From Eledone cirrhosa (lineage: Eukaryota), in contig OZ024753.1 of NCBI GenBank assembly GCA_964016885.1, forward strand, positions 18,476,001-18,540,000: a DNA stretch of 64,000 bases, in the 5' to 3' direction. Made by a program: the position numbers and the translations under genes. This document shows, in pieces, positions 11,670 to 26,900 of this stretch (position 1 is the stretch's first letter; every line of letters starts with the position of its first letter). The notes under the pieces were generated by a model. That model worked only from the letters and a program-made list of their open reading frames with translations. It ran no database searches and was not told the DNA's origin.

Positions 11670-14600
11670 GACTGTCAGCCTTTCTTCCTTCTTTCATCAG
11701 ACTGTCAGCCTTTCTCCCTTCTTTCACCAGACTGTCAGCCTTTCTCCCTTCATTCAACAGACTGTCAGCCTTTCTCCCATCTTTCACCAGACTGTCAGTC
11801 TTTCTCCCTTCTTTCAAAAGAGTATCAGCTTCTCCCCCTTCTTTCACCAGACTGTCAGCCTCTCTCCCTTCTTTCACCAGACTGTCAGCCTTTCTCCCTT
11901 CTTTCAACAGACTGTCAGCCTTTCTCCCTTCTTTCACCAGACTTTCAGCCTCTCTCCCTTCTTTCACCAGACTGTCAGCCTCGCTCCCTTCTTTCAACAG
12001 ACTGTCAGCCTTTCTCCCTTCTTTCACCAGACTGTCAGCCATTCTCCCTGCTTTCAACAGACTGTCAGCCTTTCTCCCTTCTTTCAACAGACTCTCAGCC
12101 TTTCCCCCTTCTTTCAACAGACTGTCAGCCTTTCTCCCTTCTTTCAACAGACTGTCAGCCTTTCTCCCTTCTTTCAACAGTCTGTAAGCCTCTCTCCCTT
12201 CTTTCACCAGACTCTCAGCCTTTCTCCCTGCTTTCAACAGACTGTCAGCCTTTCTCCCTGCTTTCAACAGACTGTCAGCTTTTCTCCCTTCTTTCAACAG
12301 ACTGTCAGCCATTCTACCTGCTTTCAACAGACTGTCAGCCTTTCTCTCTTCTTTCACCAGACTGTCAGCCTCTCTCCCTTCTTTCACCAGACTGTCAGCC
12401 TTTCTCCCTTCTTTCAACAGACTGTCAGCCATTCTACCTGCTTTCAACAGACTGTAAGCCTTTCTCCCTTCTTTCAACAGACTGTCAGCCTCTCTCCCTT
12501 CTTTCACCAGACTGTCAGCCTCTCTCCCTTATTTCAACAGACTGTCAGCCTTTCTCCCTTCTTTTAACAGACTGTCAGCCTTTCTCCCTTCTTCCACCAG
12601 ACTGTCAGCCTCTCTCCCTTATTTCAACAGACTGTCAGCCTTTCTCCCTTCTTTCAAGAGACTGTCAGCCTTTCTCCCTTCTTTCACCAGACTATCAGCC
12701 TTTCTCCCTTCTTTCACCAGTCTGTCAGCCTCTCTGCATGCTTTCACCAGAATGTCAGCCTTTCTCCCTTCTTTCACGAGACTGTCAGCCTTTCTCCCTT
12801 CTTTCAACAGACTGTCAGCCTCTCTCCCTTCATTCAACAGACTGTCAGCCTTTCTCCCTTCTTTCAACAGACTGTCAGCCTCTCTCCCTTCATTCAACAG
12901 ACTGTCAGCCTTTCTCCCTTCTTTCAACAGACTGTCAGCCTTTCTCGCTTCTTTCAACAGACTGTCAGCCATTCTCCATTTATTCAACAGAATGTCAGCC
13001 TTTCACCCTTCTTTCACCAGACTGTCAGCCATTCTCCCTGCTTTCAACAAACTGTCAGCCTTTCTCCCTTCTTTCAACAGACTATCAGCCTCTCTCCCTT
13101 CTTTCAGCAGACTGCCAACCTTTCTCCCTTCTTTCAACAGACTGTCAGCCTCTCTCCCATCATTCAACAGACTGTCAGCCTTTCTCCCTTCTTTCAACAG
13201 ACTGCCAGCCTTTCTCCCTTCATTCAACAGACTGTCAGCCTTTCTCCCTGCTTTCAACAGACTGTCAGCCTTTCTCCCTTCTTTCAACAGATTATCAGCC
13301 TTTCTCCCTGCTTTCAACAGACTGTCAGCCTTTCTCCCTTCTTTCAACAGACTGTCAGCCTCTCTCCCTTCTTTCAACAGACTGTCAGACTTTCTCCCTT
13401 CTTTCAACAGACTGCCAGCCTTTCTCCCTTCTTTCAACAGACTGTCATCCTTTTCCCTTCTTTCACCAGACTGTCAGCCTCTCTCCCTTCTTTCACCAGA
13501 CTGTCAGCCTTTCTCACTTCTTTCAAAATACTGTCATCTTTTAACCCTTCTTTCAACAGACTGTCAGCTTCTCTGCCTTCTTTCACCAGACTGTCAGCCT
13601 CTCTCCCTTCTTTCAACAGACTGTCAGACTTTCTCCCTTCTTTCAACAGACTGCCAGCCTTTCTCCCTTCTTTCAACAGACTGTCAGCCTTTCTCCCTTC
13701 TTTCAACATACTGTCATCCTTTCTCCCTTCTTTCACCAGACTGTCAGCCTCTCTCCCTTCTTTCACCAGACTGTCAGCCTTTCTCACTTCTTTCAAAATA
13801 CTGTCATCTTTTATCCCTTCTTTCAACAGACTGTCAGCTTCTCTGCCTTCTTTCACCAGACTGTCAGCCTCTCTCCCTTCTTTCAACAGACTGTCAGCCT
13901 TTCTCCCTTCTTTCACCAGACTGTCAGCCTTTCTCCCTTCTTTCAACAGACTGTCAGCCTTTCTCCCTTCTTTCAACAGACTTTCAGCCCTTTTCCATTC
14001 TTTCACCAGACTGTCAGCCTCTCTCCCTTCTTTCACCAGACTGTCAGCCTTTCTCCCTTCTTTCAACAGACTGTCAGACTTTCTCCCTTCTTTCAACAGA
14101 CTGCCAGCCTTTCTCCCTTCTTTCAACAGACTGAAAGCCTCTCTCCCTTCTTTCAACAGACCGTCAGCCTCTCTCCTTCTTTCAACAGACTGTCAGCCTT
14201 TCTCGCTTCTTTCAACAGACTGTCAGCCTCTCTCCCTTCTTTCAACAGACTGTTAGCCTCTCTCCCTTCTTTCAACAGACTTTCAGCCTTTCTCCCTTCT
14301 TTCAACAGACTGTCAGCCTCTCTCCCTTCTTTCACCAGACTGTCAGCCTCTCTCTCTTATTTCAACAAACTGTCAGACTTTTTCCCTTCTTTCACCAGAC
14401 TGTCAGCCTCTCTCCCTTATTTCAACAGACTGTCAGCCTTTCTCCCTTCTTTCAACAGACTGTCAGCCTTACTCCCTTCTTTCACCAGACTGTCAGCCTC
14501 TCTCCCTTATTTCAACAGACTGTCAGCCTTTCTCCCTTCTTTCAAGAGACTGTCAGCCTTTCTCCCTCTTTCACCAGACTATCAGCCTTTCTCCCTTCTT

Positions 14601-17600
14601 TCACCAGTCTCTCAGCCTCTCTGCATTCTTTCACCAGAATGTCAGCCTTTCTCCCTTCTTTCACGAGACTGTCAGCCTTTCTGCCTTCTTTCAACAGACT
14701 GTCAGCCTCTCTCCCTTCATTCAACAGACTGTCAGCCTTTCTCCCTTCTTTCAACAGACTGTCAGCCTTTCTCGCTTCTTTCAACAGACTGTCAGCCATT
14801 CTCCATTTATTCAACAGAATGTCAGCCTTTCACCCTTCTTTCACCAGACTGTCAGCCATTCTCCCTGCTTTCAACAAACTGTCAGCCTTTCTCCCTTCTT
14901 TCAACAGACTGTCAGCCTCTCTCCCTTCTTTCACCAGACTGTCAGCCTTTCACCCTTCTTTCAAGAGACTGCCAACCTTTCTCCCTTCTTTCAACAGACT
15001 GTCAGCCTCTCTCCCATCATTCAACAGACTGTCAGCCTTTCTACCTTCTTTCAACAGACTGTCAGCCTTTCTCGCTTCTTTCAACAGACTGTCAGCCTTT
15101 CTCCCTTCTTTCAACAGACTGCCAGCCTTTCTCCCTTCATTCAACAGACTGTCAGCCTTTCTCCCTGCTTTCAACAGACTGTCAGCCTTTCTCCCTTCTT
15201 TCAACAGATTATCAGCCTTTCTCCCTGCTTTCAACAGACTGTCAGCCTTTCTCCCTTCTTTCAACAGACTGTCAGCCTTTCTCCCTTCTTTCACCAGACT
15301 GTCAGCCTTTCTCCCTTCTTTCACCAGACTGTCAGCCTTTCTCACTTCTTTCAACAGACTGTCAGCTTCTCTCCCTTCTTTCACCAGACTGTCAGCCTCT
15401 CTCCCTTCTTTCAGCAGACTGTCAGCCTTTATCTGCCTTCTTTCAACAGACTGTCAGCCTTTCACCCTTCTTTCAAGAGACTGCCAACCTTTCTCCCTTC
15501 TTTCAACAGACTGTCAGCCTTTCTCCCTGCTTTCAAGAGACTGTCAGCCTTTCTCGCTGCTTTCAACAGACTGTCAGACTTTCTCCCTGCTTTCAACAGA
15601 CTGTCAGCCTTTCTTCCTTCTTTCATCAGACTGTCAGCCTTTCTCCCTTCTTTCACCAGACTGTCAGCCTTTCTCCCTTCATTCAACAGACTGTCAGCCT
15701 TTCTCCCATCTTTCACCAGACTGTCAGTCTTTCTCCCTTCTTTCAAAAGAGTATCAGCTTCTCCCCCTTCTTTCACCAGACTGTCGGCCTCTCTCCCTTC
15801 TTTCACCAGACTGTCAGCCTTTCTCCCTTCTTTCAACAGACTGTCAGCCTTTCTCCCTTCTTTCACCAGACTGTCAGCTCTCTCCCTTCTTTCACCAGAC
15901 TGTCAGCCTCGCTCCCTTCTTTCAACAGACTGTCAGCCTTTCTCCCTTCTTTCAACAGACTGTCAGCCTTTCTCCCTTCTTTCACCAGACTGTCAGCCAT
16001 TCTCCCTGCTTTCAACAGACTGTCAGCCTTTCTCCCTTCTTTCAACAGACTCTCAGCCTTTCCCCCTTCTTTCAACAGACTGTCAGCCTTTCTCCCTTCT
16101 TTCAACAGACTGTCAGCCTTTCTCCCTTCTTTCACCAGACTCTCAGCCTTTCTCCCTGCTTTCAACAGACTGTCAGCCTTTCTCCCTGCTTTCAACCGAC
16201 TGTCAGCTTTTCTCCCTTCTTTCAACAGACTGTCAGCCATTCTACCTGCTTTCAACAGACTGTCAGCCTTTCTCTCTTCTTTCACCAGACTGTCAGCCTC
16301 TCTCCCTTCTTTCACCAGACTGTCAGCCTTTCTCCCTTCTTTCAACAGACTGTCAGCCATTCTACCTGCTTTCAACAGACTGTAAGCCTTTCTCCCTTCT
16401 TTCAACAGACTGTCAGCCTCTCTCCCTTCTTTCACCAGACTGTCAGCCTCTCTCCCTTATTTCAACAGACTGTCAGCCTTTCTCCCTTCTTTTAACAGAC
16501 TGTCAGCCTTTCTCCCTTCTTCCACCAGACTGTCAGCCTCTCTCCCTTATTTCAACAGACTGTCAGCCTTTCTCCCTTCTTTCAAGAGACTGTCAGCCTT
16601 TCTCCCTTCTTTCACCAGACTATCAGCCTTTCTCCCTTCTTTCACCAGTCTGTCAGCCTCTCTGCATTCTTTCACCAGAATGTCAGCCTTTCTCCCTTCT
16701 TTCACGAGACTGTCAGCCTTTCTCCCTTCTTTCAACAGACTGTCAGCCTCTCTCCCTTCATTCAACAGACTGTCAGCCTTTCTCCCTTCTTTCAACAGAC
16801 TGTCAGCCTCTCTCCCTTCATTCAACAGACTACCAGCCTTTCTCCCTTCTTTCAACAGACTGTCAGCCTTTCTCGCTTCTTTCAACAGACTGTCAGCCAT
16901 TCTCCATTTATTCAACAGAATGTCAGCCTTTCACCCTTCTTTCACCAGACTGTCAGCCATTCTCCCTGCTTTCAACAAACTGTCAGCCTTTCTCCCTTCT
17001 TTCAACAGACTATCAGCCTCTCTCCCTTCTTTCAGCAGACTCTCAGCCTTTCACCCTTCTTTCAAGAGACTGCCAACCTTTCTCCCTTCTTTCAACAGAC
17101 TGTCAGCCTCTCTCCCATCATTCAACAGACTGTCAGCCTTTCTCCCTTCTTTCAACAGACTGCCAGCCTTTCTCCCTTCATTCAACAGACTGTCAGCCTT
17201 TCTCCCTGCTTTCAACAGACTGTCAGCCTTTCTCCCTTCTTTCAACAGATTATCAGCCTTTCTCCCTGCTTTCAACAGACTGTCAGCCTTTCTCCCTTCT
17301 TTCAACAGACTGTCAGCCTCTCTCCCTTCTTTCAACAGACTGTCAGACTTTCTCCCTTCTTTCAACAGACTGCCAGCCTTTCTCCCTTCTTTCAACAGAC
17401 TGTCATCCTTTTCCCTTCTTTCACCAGACTGTCAGCCTCTCTCCCATCTTTCACCAGACTGTCAGCCTTTCTCACTTCTTTCAAAATACTGTCATCTTTT
17501 AACCCTTCTTTCAACAGACTGTCAGCTTCTCTGCCTTCTTTCACCAGACTGTCAGCCTCTCTCCCTTCTTTCAACAGACTGTCAGCCTTTCTCCCTTCTT

Positions 17601-17950
17601 TCACCAGACTGTCAGCCTTTCTCCCTTCTTTCAACAGACTGTCAGCCTTTCTCCCTTCTTTCAACAGACTTTCAGCCCTTTTCCATTCTTTCACCAGACT
17701 GTCAGCCTCTCTCCCTTCTTTCACCAGACTGTCAGCCTTTCTCCCTTCTTTCAACAGACTGTCAGACTTTCTCCCTTCTTTCAACAGACTGCCAGCCTTT
17801 CTCCCTTCTTTCAACAGACTGAAAGCCTCTCTCCCTTCTTTCAACAGACCGTCAGCCTCTCTCCTTCTTTCAACAGACTATCTGCCTTTCTCCCTTCTTT
17901 CACCAGACTATCAGCCTTTCTCGCTTCTTTCAACAGACTGTCAGCCTCTC
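11670..17950. repeat. Duplicate of the approximately 1.1-7.8 kb region, mostly at about 10.16-kb offset
   Basis: Matching tracks 2558/12752 (10,194), 3270/13434, 4475/14639, 5298/15462 (10,164) and 6547/16680 (10,133). Offsets change by whole monomers or single-base indels. Confidence 0.85.
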
Positions 17951-20900
17951 TCCCTTCTTTCAACAGACTGTTAGCCTCTCTCCCTTCTTTCAACAGACTG
18001 TCAGCCTCTCTCCCTTCTTTCACCAGACTGTCAGCCTCTCTCTCTTATTTCAACAGACTGTCAGACTTTCTTCCTTCTTTCACCAGAGTGTCAGCCTCTC
18101 TCCCTTCTTTCAACAGACTGTCAGCCTTTCTCCCTTCTTTCACCAGACTGTCAGCCTTTGTCCCTTCTTTCAACAGACTGTCAGACTTTCTCCCTTCTTT
18201 CACCAGACTGTCAGCCTCTCTCCCTTCTTTCAACAGACTGTCAGCCTTTCTCCCTTCTTTCACCAGACTGTCAGCCTTTGTCCCTTCTTTCAACAAACTG
18301 TCAGCCTTTCTCCCTTCTTTCAACAGACTGTCAGCCTCTCTCCCTTCTTTCAGCAGACTGTCAGCCTTTATCTGCCTTCTTTCAACAGACTGTCAGCCTT
18401 TCACCCTTCTTTCAAGAGACTGCCAACCTTTCTCCCTTCTTTCAACAGACTGTCAGCCTTTCTCCCTGCTTTCAAGAGACTGTCAGCCTTTCTCGCTGCT
18501 TTCAACAGACTGTCAGACTTTCTCCCTGCTTTCAACAGACTGTCAGCCTTTCTCCCTTCTTTCAACAGACTGTCAGCCTTTCTCCCATCTTTCACCAGAC
18601 TGTCAGTCTTTCTCCCTTCTTTCAACAGAGTATCAGCTTCTCCCCCTTCTTTCACCAGACTGTCAGCCTCTCTCCCTTCTTTCACCAGACTGTCAGCCTT
18701 TCTCCCTTCTTTCAACAGACTGTCAGCCTTTCTCCCTTCTTTCACCAGACTGTCAGCCTCTCTCCCTTCTTTCACCAGACTGTCAGCCTCGCTCCCTTCT
18801 TTCAACAGACTGTCAGCCTTTCTCCCTTCTTTCAACATACTGTCATCCTTTCTCCCTTCTTTCACCAGACTGTCAGCCTTTCTCCCTTCTTTCAACAGAC
18901 TGTCAGCCTTTCTCCCTTATTTCAACAGACTTTCAGCCCTTTTCCATTCTTTCACCAGACTGTCAGCCTCTCTCCCTTCTTTCACCAGACTGTCAGCCTT
19001 TCTCCCTTCTTTCAACAGACTGTCAGACTTTCTCCCTTCTTTCAACAGACTGCCAGCCTTTCTCCCTTCTTTCAACAGACTGAAAGCCTCTCTCCCTTCT
19101 TTCAACAGACCGTCAGCCTCTCTCCTTCTTTCAACAGACTATCTGCCTTTCTCCCTTCTTTCACCAGACTGTCAGCCTTTCTCGCTTCTTTCACCAGACT
19201 GTCAGCCTCTCTCCCTTCTTTCACCAGACTGTCAGCCTCGCTCCCTTCTTTCAACAGACTGTCAGCCTTTCTCCCTTCTTTCAACAGACTGTCAGCCTTT
19301 CTCCCTTCTTTCACCAGACTGTCAGCCATTCTCCCTGCTTTCAACAGACTGTCAGCCTTTCTCCCTTCTTTCAAAAGACTGCCAGCCTTTCTCCTTTCAT
19401 TCAACAGACTGTCAGCCTTTCTCCCTGCTTTCAACAGACTGTCAGCCTTTCTCCCTTCTTTCAACAGATTATCAGCCTTTCTCCCTGCTTTCAACAGACT
19501 GTCAGCCATTCTCCCTTCTTTCAACAGACTGTCAGCCTCTCTCCCTTCTTTCAACAGACTGTCAGACTTTCTCCCTTCTTTCAACAGACTGCCAGCCTTT
19601 CTCCCTTCTTTCAACAGACTGTCAGCCTTTCTCCCTTCTTTCAACATACTGTCATCCTTTCTCCCTTCTTTCACCAGACTGTCAGCCTCTCTCCCTTCTT
19701 TCACCAGACTGTCAGCCTTTCTCACTTCTTTCAAAATACTGTCATCTTTTATCCCTTCTTTCAACAGACTGTCAGCTTCTCTGCCTTCTTTCACCAGACT
19801 GTCAGCCTCTCTCCCTTCTTTCAACAGACTGTCAGCCTTTCTCCCTTCTTTCACCAGACTGTCAGCCTTTCTCCCTTCTTTCAACAGACTGTCAGCCTTT
19901 CTCCCTTCTTTCAACAGACTTTCAGCCCTTTTCCATTCTTTCACCAGACTGTCAGCCTCTCTCCCTTCTTTCACCAGACTGTCAGCCTTTCTCCCTTCTT
20001 TCAACAGACTGTCAGACTTTCTCCCTTCTTTCAACAGACTGCCAGCCTTTCTCCCTTCTTTCAACAGACTGAAAGCCTCTCTCCCTTCTTTCAACAGACC
20101 GTCAGCCTCTCTCCTTCTTTCAACAGACTGTCAGCCTTTCTCGCTTCTTTCAACAGACTGTCAGCCTCTCTCCCTTCTTTCAACAGACTGTTAGCCTCTC
20201 TCCCTTCTTTCAACAGACTTTCAGCCTTTCTCCCTTCTTTCAACAGACTGTCAGCCTCTCTCCCTTCTTTCACCAGACTGTCAGCCTCTCTCTCTTATTT
20301 CAACAAACTGTCAGACTTTTTCCCTTCTTTCACCAGACTGTCAGCCTCTCTCCCTTATTTCAACAGACTGTCAGCCTTTCTCCCTTCTTTCAACAGACTG
20401 TCAGCCTTTCTCCCTTCTTTCACCAGACTGTCAGCCTCTCTCCCTTCTTTCAACAGACTGTTAGCCTCTCTCCCTTCTTTCAACAGACTTTCAGCCTTTC
20501 TCCCTTCTTTCAACAGACTGTCAGCCTCTCTCCCTTCTTTCACCAGACTGTCAGCCTCTCTCTCTTATTTCAACAAACTGTCAGACTTTTTCCCTTCTTT
20601 CACCAGACTGTCAGCCTCTCTCCCTTATTTCAACAGACTGTCAGCCTTTCTCCCTTCTTTCAACAGACTGTCAGCCTTTCTCCCTTCTTTCAAGAGACTG
20701 TCAGCCTTTCTCCCTCTTTCACCAGACTATCAGCCTTTCTCCCTTCTTTCACCAGTCTCTCAGCCTCTCTGCATTCTTTCACCAGAATGTCAGCCTTTCT
20801 CCCTTCTTTCACGAGACTGTCAGCCTTTCTCCCTTCTTTCAACAGACTGTCAGCCTCTCTCCCTTCATTCAACAGACTGTAAGCCTTTCTCCCTTCTTTC

Positions 20901-23900
20901 AACAGACTGTCAGCCTTTCTCGCTTCTTTCAACAGACTGTCAGCCATTCTCCATTTATTCAACAGAATGTCAGCCTTTCACCCTTCTTTCACCAGACTGT
21001 CAGCCATTCTCCCTGCTTTCAACAAACTGTCAGCCTTTCTCCCTTCTTTCAACAGACTGTCAGCCTCTCTCCCTTCTTTCACCAGACTGTCAGCCTTTCA
21101 CCCTTCTTTCAAGAGACTGCCAACCTTTCTCCCTTCTTTCAACAGACTGTCAGCCTCTCTCCCATCATTCAACAGACTGTCAGCCTTTCTACCTTCTTTC
21201 AACAGACTGTCAGCCTTTCTCGCTTCTTTCAACAGACTGTCAGCCTTTCTCCCTTCTTTCAACAGACTGCCAGCCTTTCTCCCTTCATTCAACAGACTGT
21301 CAGCCTTTCTCCCTGCTTTCAACAGACTGTCAGCCTTTCTCCCTTCTTTCAACAGATTATCAGCCTTTCTCCCTGCTTTCAACAGACTGTCAGCCTTTCT
21401 CCCTTCTTTCAACAGACTGTCAGCCTTTCTCCCTTCTTTCACCAGACTGTCAGCCTTTCTCCCTTCTTTCACCAGACTGTCAGCCTTTCTCACTTCTTTC
21501 AACAGACTGTCAGCTTCTCTCCCTTCTTTCACCAGACTGTCAGCCTCTCTACCTTCTTTCACCAGACTGTCAGCCTTTCTCCCTTATTTCAACAGACTGT
21601 CAGCCTTTCTCCCTTCTTTTAACAGACTGTCAGCCTTTCTCCCTTCTTCCACCAGACTGTCAGCCTCTCTCCCTTATTTCAACAGACTGTCAGCCTTTCT
21701 CCCTTCTTTCAAGAGACTGTCAGCCTTTCTCCCTTCTTTCACGAGACTGTCAGCCTTTCTCCCTTCTTTCAACAGACTGTCAGCCTCTCTCCCTTCATTC
21801 AACAGACTGTCAGCCTTTCTCCCTTCTTTCAACAGACTGTCAGCCTCTCTCCCTTCATTCAACAGACTACCAGCCTTTCTCCCTTCTTTCAACAGACTGT
21901 CAGCCTTTCTCGCTTCTTTCAACAGACTGTCAGCCATTCTCCATTTATTCAACAGAATGTCAGCCTTTCACCCTTCTTTCACCAGACTGTCAGCCATTCT
22001 CCCTGCTTTCAACAAACTGTCAGCCTTTCTCCCTTCTTTCAACAGACTATCAGCCTCTCTCCCTTCTTTCAGCAGACTCTCAGCCTTTCACCCTTCTTTC
22101 AAGAGACTGCCAACCTTTCTCCCTTCTTTCAACAGACTGTCAGCCTCTCTCCCATCATTCAACAGACTGTCAGCCTTTCTCCCTTCTTTCAACAGACTGC
22201 CAGCCTTTCTCCCTTCATTCAACAGACTGTCAGCCTTTCTCCCTGCTTTCAACAGACTGTCAGCCTTTCTCCCTTCTTTCAACAGATTATCAGCCTTTCT
22301 CCCTGCTTTCAACAGACTGTCAGCCTTTCTCCCTTCTTTCAACAGACTGTCAGCCTCTCTCCCTTCTTTCAACAGACTGTCAGACTTTCTCCCTTCTTTC
22401 AACAGACTGCCAGCCTTTCTCCCTTCTTTCAACAGACTGTCATCCTTTTCCCTTCTTTCACCAGACTGTCAGCCTCTCTCCCATCTTTCACCAGACTGTC
22501 AGCCTTTCTCACTTCTTTCAAAATACTGTCATCTTTTAACCCTTCTTTCAACAGACTGTCAGCTTCTCTGCCTTCTTTCACCAGACTGTCAGCCTCTCTC
22601 CCTTCTTTCAACAGACTGTCAGCCTTTCTCCCTTCTTTCACCAGACTGTCAGCCTTTCTCCCTTCTTTCAACAGACTGTCAGCCTTTCTCCCTTCTTTCA
22701 ACAGACTTTCAGCCCTTTTCCATTCTTTCACCAGACTGTCAGCCTCTCTCCCTTCTTTCACCAGACTGTCAGCCTTTCTCCCTTCTTTCAACAGACTGTC
22801 AGACTTTCTCCCTTCTTTCAACAGACTGCCAGCCTTTCTCCCTTCTTTCAACAGACTGAAAGCCTCTCTCCCTTCTTTCAACAGACCGTCAGCCTCTCTC
22901 CTTCTTTCAACAGACTATCTGCCTTTCTCCCTTCTTTCACCAGACTATCAGCCTTTCTCGCTTCTTTCAACAGACTGTCAGCCTCTCTCCCTTCTTTCAA
23001 CAGACTGTTAGCCTCTCTCCCTTCTTTCAACAGACTGTCAGCCTCTCTCCCTTCTTTCACCAGACTGTCAGCCTCTCTCTCTTATTTCAACAGACTGTCA
23101 GACTTTCTTCCTTCTTTCACCAGAGTGTCAGCCTCTCTCCCTTCTTTCAACAGACTGTCAGCCTTTCTCCCTTCTTTCACCAGACTGTCAGCCTTTGTCC
23201 CTTCTTTCAACAGACTGTCAGACTTTCTCCCTTCTTTCACCAGACTGTCAGCCTCTCTCCCTTCTTTCAACAGACTGTCAGCCTTTCTCCCTTCTTTCAC
23301 CAGACTGTCAGCCTTTGTCCCTTCTTTCAACAAACTGTCAGCCTTTCTCCCTTCTTTCAACAGACTGTCAGCCTCTCTCCCTTCTTTCAGCAGACTGTCA
23401 GCCTTTATCTGCCTTCTTTCAACAGACTGTCAGCCTTTCACCCTTCTTTCAAGAGACTGCCAACCTTTCTCCCTTCTTTCAACAGACTGTCAGCCTTTCT
23501 CCCTGCTTTCAAGAGACTGTCAGCCTTTCTCGCTGCTTTCAACAGACTGTCAGACTTTCTCCCTGCTTTCAACAGACTGTCAGCCTTTCTCCCTTCTTTC
23601 AACAGACTGTCAGCCTTTCTCCCATCTTTCACCAGACTGTCAGTCTTTCTCCCTTCTTTCAACAGAGTATCAGCTTCTCCCCCTTCTTTCACCAGACTGT
23701 CAGCCTCTCTCCCTTCTTTCACCAGACTGTCAGCCTTTCTCCCTTCTTTCAACAGACTGTCAGCCTTTCTCCCTTCTTTCACCAGACTGTCAGCCTCTCT
23801 CCCTTCTTTCACCAGACTGTCAGCCTCGCTCCCTTCTTTCAACAGACTGTCAGCCTTTCTCCCTTCTTTCAACATACTGTCATCCTTTCTCCCTTCTTTC

Positions 23901-26900
23901 ACCAGACTGTCAGCCTTTCTCCCTTCTTTCAACAGACTGTCAGCCTTTCTCCCTTATTTCAACAGACTTTCAGCCCTTTTCCATTCTTTCACCAGACTGT
24001 CAGCCTCTCTCCCTTCTTTCACCAGACTGTCAGCCTTTCTCCCTTCTTTCAACAGACTGTCAGACTTTCTCCCTTCTTTCAACAGACTGCCAGCCTTTCT
24101 CCCTTCTTTCAACAGACTGAAAGCCTCTCTCCCTTCTTTCAACAGACCGTCAGCCTCTCTCCTTCTTTCAACAGACTATCTGCCTTTCTCCCTTCTTTCA
24201 CCAGACTGTCAGCCTTTCTCGCTTCTTTCACCAGACTGTCAGCCTCTCTCCCTTCTTTCACCAGACTGTCAGCCTCGCTCCCTTCTTTCAACAGACTGTC
24301 AGCCTTTCTCCCTTCTTTCAACAGACTGTCAGCCTTTCTCCCTTCTTTCACCAGACTGTCAGCCATTCTCCCTGCTTTCAACAGACTGTCAGCCTTTCTC
24401 CCTTCTTTCAAAAGACTGCCAGCCTTTCTCCTTTCATTCAACAGACTGTCAGCCTTTCTCCCTGCTTTCAACAGACTGTCAGCCTTTCTCCCTTCTTTCA
24501 ACAGATTATCAGCCTTTCTCCCTGCTTTCAACAGACTGTCAGCCATTCTCCCTTCTTTCAACAGACTGTCAGCCTCTCTCCCTTCTTTCAACAGACTGTC
24601 AGACTTTCTCCCTTCTTTCAACAGACTGCCAGCCTTTCTCCCTTCTTTCAACAGACTGTCAGCCTTTCTCCCTTCTTTCAACATACTGTCATCCTTTCTC
24701 CCTTCTTTCACCAGACTGTCAGCCTCTCTCCCTTCTTTCACCAGACTGTCAGCCTTTCTCACTTCTTTCAAAATACTGTCATCTTTTATCCCTTCTTTCA
24801 ACAGACTGTCAGCTTCTCTGCCTTCTTTCACCAGACTGTCAGCCTCTCTCCCTTCTTTCAACAGACTGTCAGCCTTTCTCCCTTCTTTCACCAGACTGTC
24901 AGCCTTTCTCCCTTCTTTCAACAGACTGTCAGCCTTTCTCCCTTCTTTCAACAGACTTTCAGCCCTTTTCCATTCTTTCACCAGACTGTCAGCCTCTCTC
25001 CCTTCTTTCACCAGACTGTCAGCCTTTCTCCCTTCTTTCAACAGACTGTCAGACTTTCTCCCTTCTTTCAACAGACTGCCAGCCTTTCTCCCTTCTTTCA
25101 ACAGACTGAAAGCCTCTCTCCCTTCTTTCAACAGACCGTCAGCCTCTCTCCTTCTTTCAACAGACTGTCAGCCTTTCTCGCTTCTTTCAACAGACTGTCA
25201 GCCTCTCTCCCTTCTTTCAACAGACTGTTAGCCTCTCTCCCTTCTTTCAACAGACTTTCAGCCTTTCTCCCTTCTTTCAACAGACTGTCAGCCTCTCTCC
25301 CTTCTTTCACCAGACTGTCAGCCTCTCTCTCTTATTTCAACAAACTGTCAGACTTTTTCCCTTCTTTCACCAGACTGTCAGCCTCTCTCCCTTATTTCAA
25401 CAGACTGTCAGCCTTTCTCCCTTCTTTCAACAGACTGTCAGCCTTTCTCCCTTCTTTCACCAGACTGTCAGCCTCTCTCCCTTCTTTCAACAGACTGTTA
25501 GCCTCTCTCCCTTCTTTCAACAGACTTTCAGCCTTTCTCCCTTCTTTCAACAGACTGTCAGCCTCTCTCCCTTCTTTCACCAGACTGTCAGCCTCTCTCT
25601 CTTATTTCAACAAACTGTCAGACTTTTTCCCTTCTTTCACCAGACTGTCAGCCTCTCTCCCTTATTTCAACAGACTGTCAGCCTTTCTCCCTTCTTTCAA
25701 CAGACTGTCAGCCTTTCTCCCTTCTTTCAAGAGACTGTCAGCCTTTCTCCCTCTTTCACCAGACTATCAGCCTTTCTCCCTTCTTTCACCAGTCTCTCAG
25801 CCTCTCTGCATTCTTTCACCAGAATGTCAGCCTTTCTCCCTTCTTTCACGAGACTGTCAGCCTTTCTCCCTTCTTTCAACAGACTGTCAGCCTCTCTCCC
25901 TTCATTCAACAGACTGTAAGCCTTTCTCCCTTCTTTCAACAGACTGTCAGCCTTTCTCGCTTCTTTCAACAGACTGTCAGCCATTCTCCATTTATTCAAC
26001 AGAATGTCAGCCTTTCACCCTTCTTTCACCAGACTGTCAGCCATTCTCCCTGCTTTCAACAAACTGTCAGCCTTTCTCCCTTCTTTCAACAGACTGTCAG
26101 CCTCTCTCCCTTCTTTCACCAGACTGTCAGCCTTTCACCCTTCTTTCAAGAGACTGCCAACCTTTCTCCCTTCTTTCAACAGACTGTCAGCCTCTCTCCC
26201 ATCATTCAACAGACTGTCAGCCTTTCTACCTTCTTTCAACAGACTGTCAGCCTTTCTCGCTTCTTTCAACAGACTGTCAGCCTTTCTCCCTTCTTTCAAC
26301 AGACTGCCAGCCTTTCTCCCTTCATTCAACAGACTGTCAGCCTTTCTCCCTGCTTTCAACAGACTGTCAGCCTTTCTCCCTTCTTTCAACAGATTATCAG
26401 CCTTTCTCCCTGCTTTCAACAGACTGTCAGCCTTTCTCCCTTCTTTCAACAGACTGTCAGCCTTTCTCCCTTCTTTCACCAGACTGTCAGCCTTTCTCCC
26501 TTCTTTCACCAGACTGTCAGCCTTTCTCACTTCTTTCAACAGACTGTCAGCTTCTCTCCCTTCTTTCACCAGACTGTCAGCCTCTCTACCTTCTTTCACC
26601 AGACTGTCAGCCTTTCTCCCTTATTTCAACAGACTGTCAGCCTTTCTCCCTTCTTTTAACAGACTGTCAGCCTTTCTCCCTTCTTCCACCAGACTGTCAG
26701 CCTCTCTCCCTTATTTCAACAGACTGTCAGCCTTTCTCCCTTCTTTCAAGAGACTGTCAGCCTTTCTCCCTTCTTTCACGAGACTGTCAGCCTTTCTCCC
26801 TTCTTTCAACAGACTGTCAGCCTCTCTCCCTTCATTCAACAGACTGTCAGCCTTTCTCCCTTCTTTCAACAGACTGTCAGCCTCTCTCCCTTCATTCAAC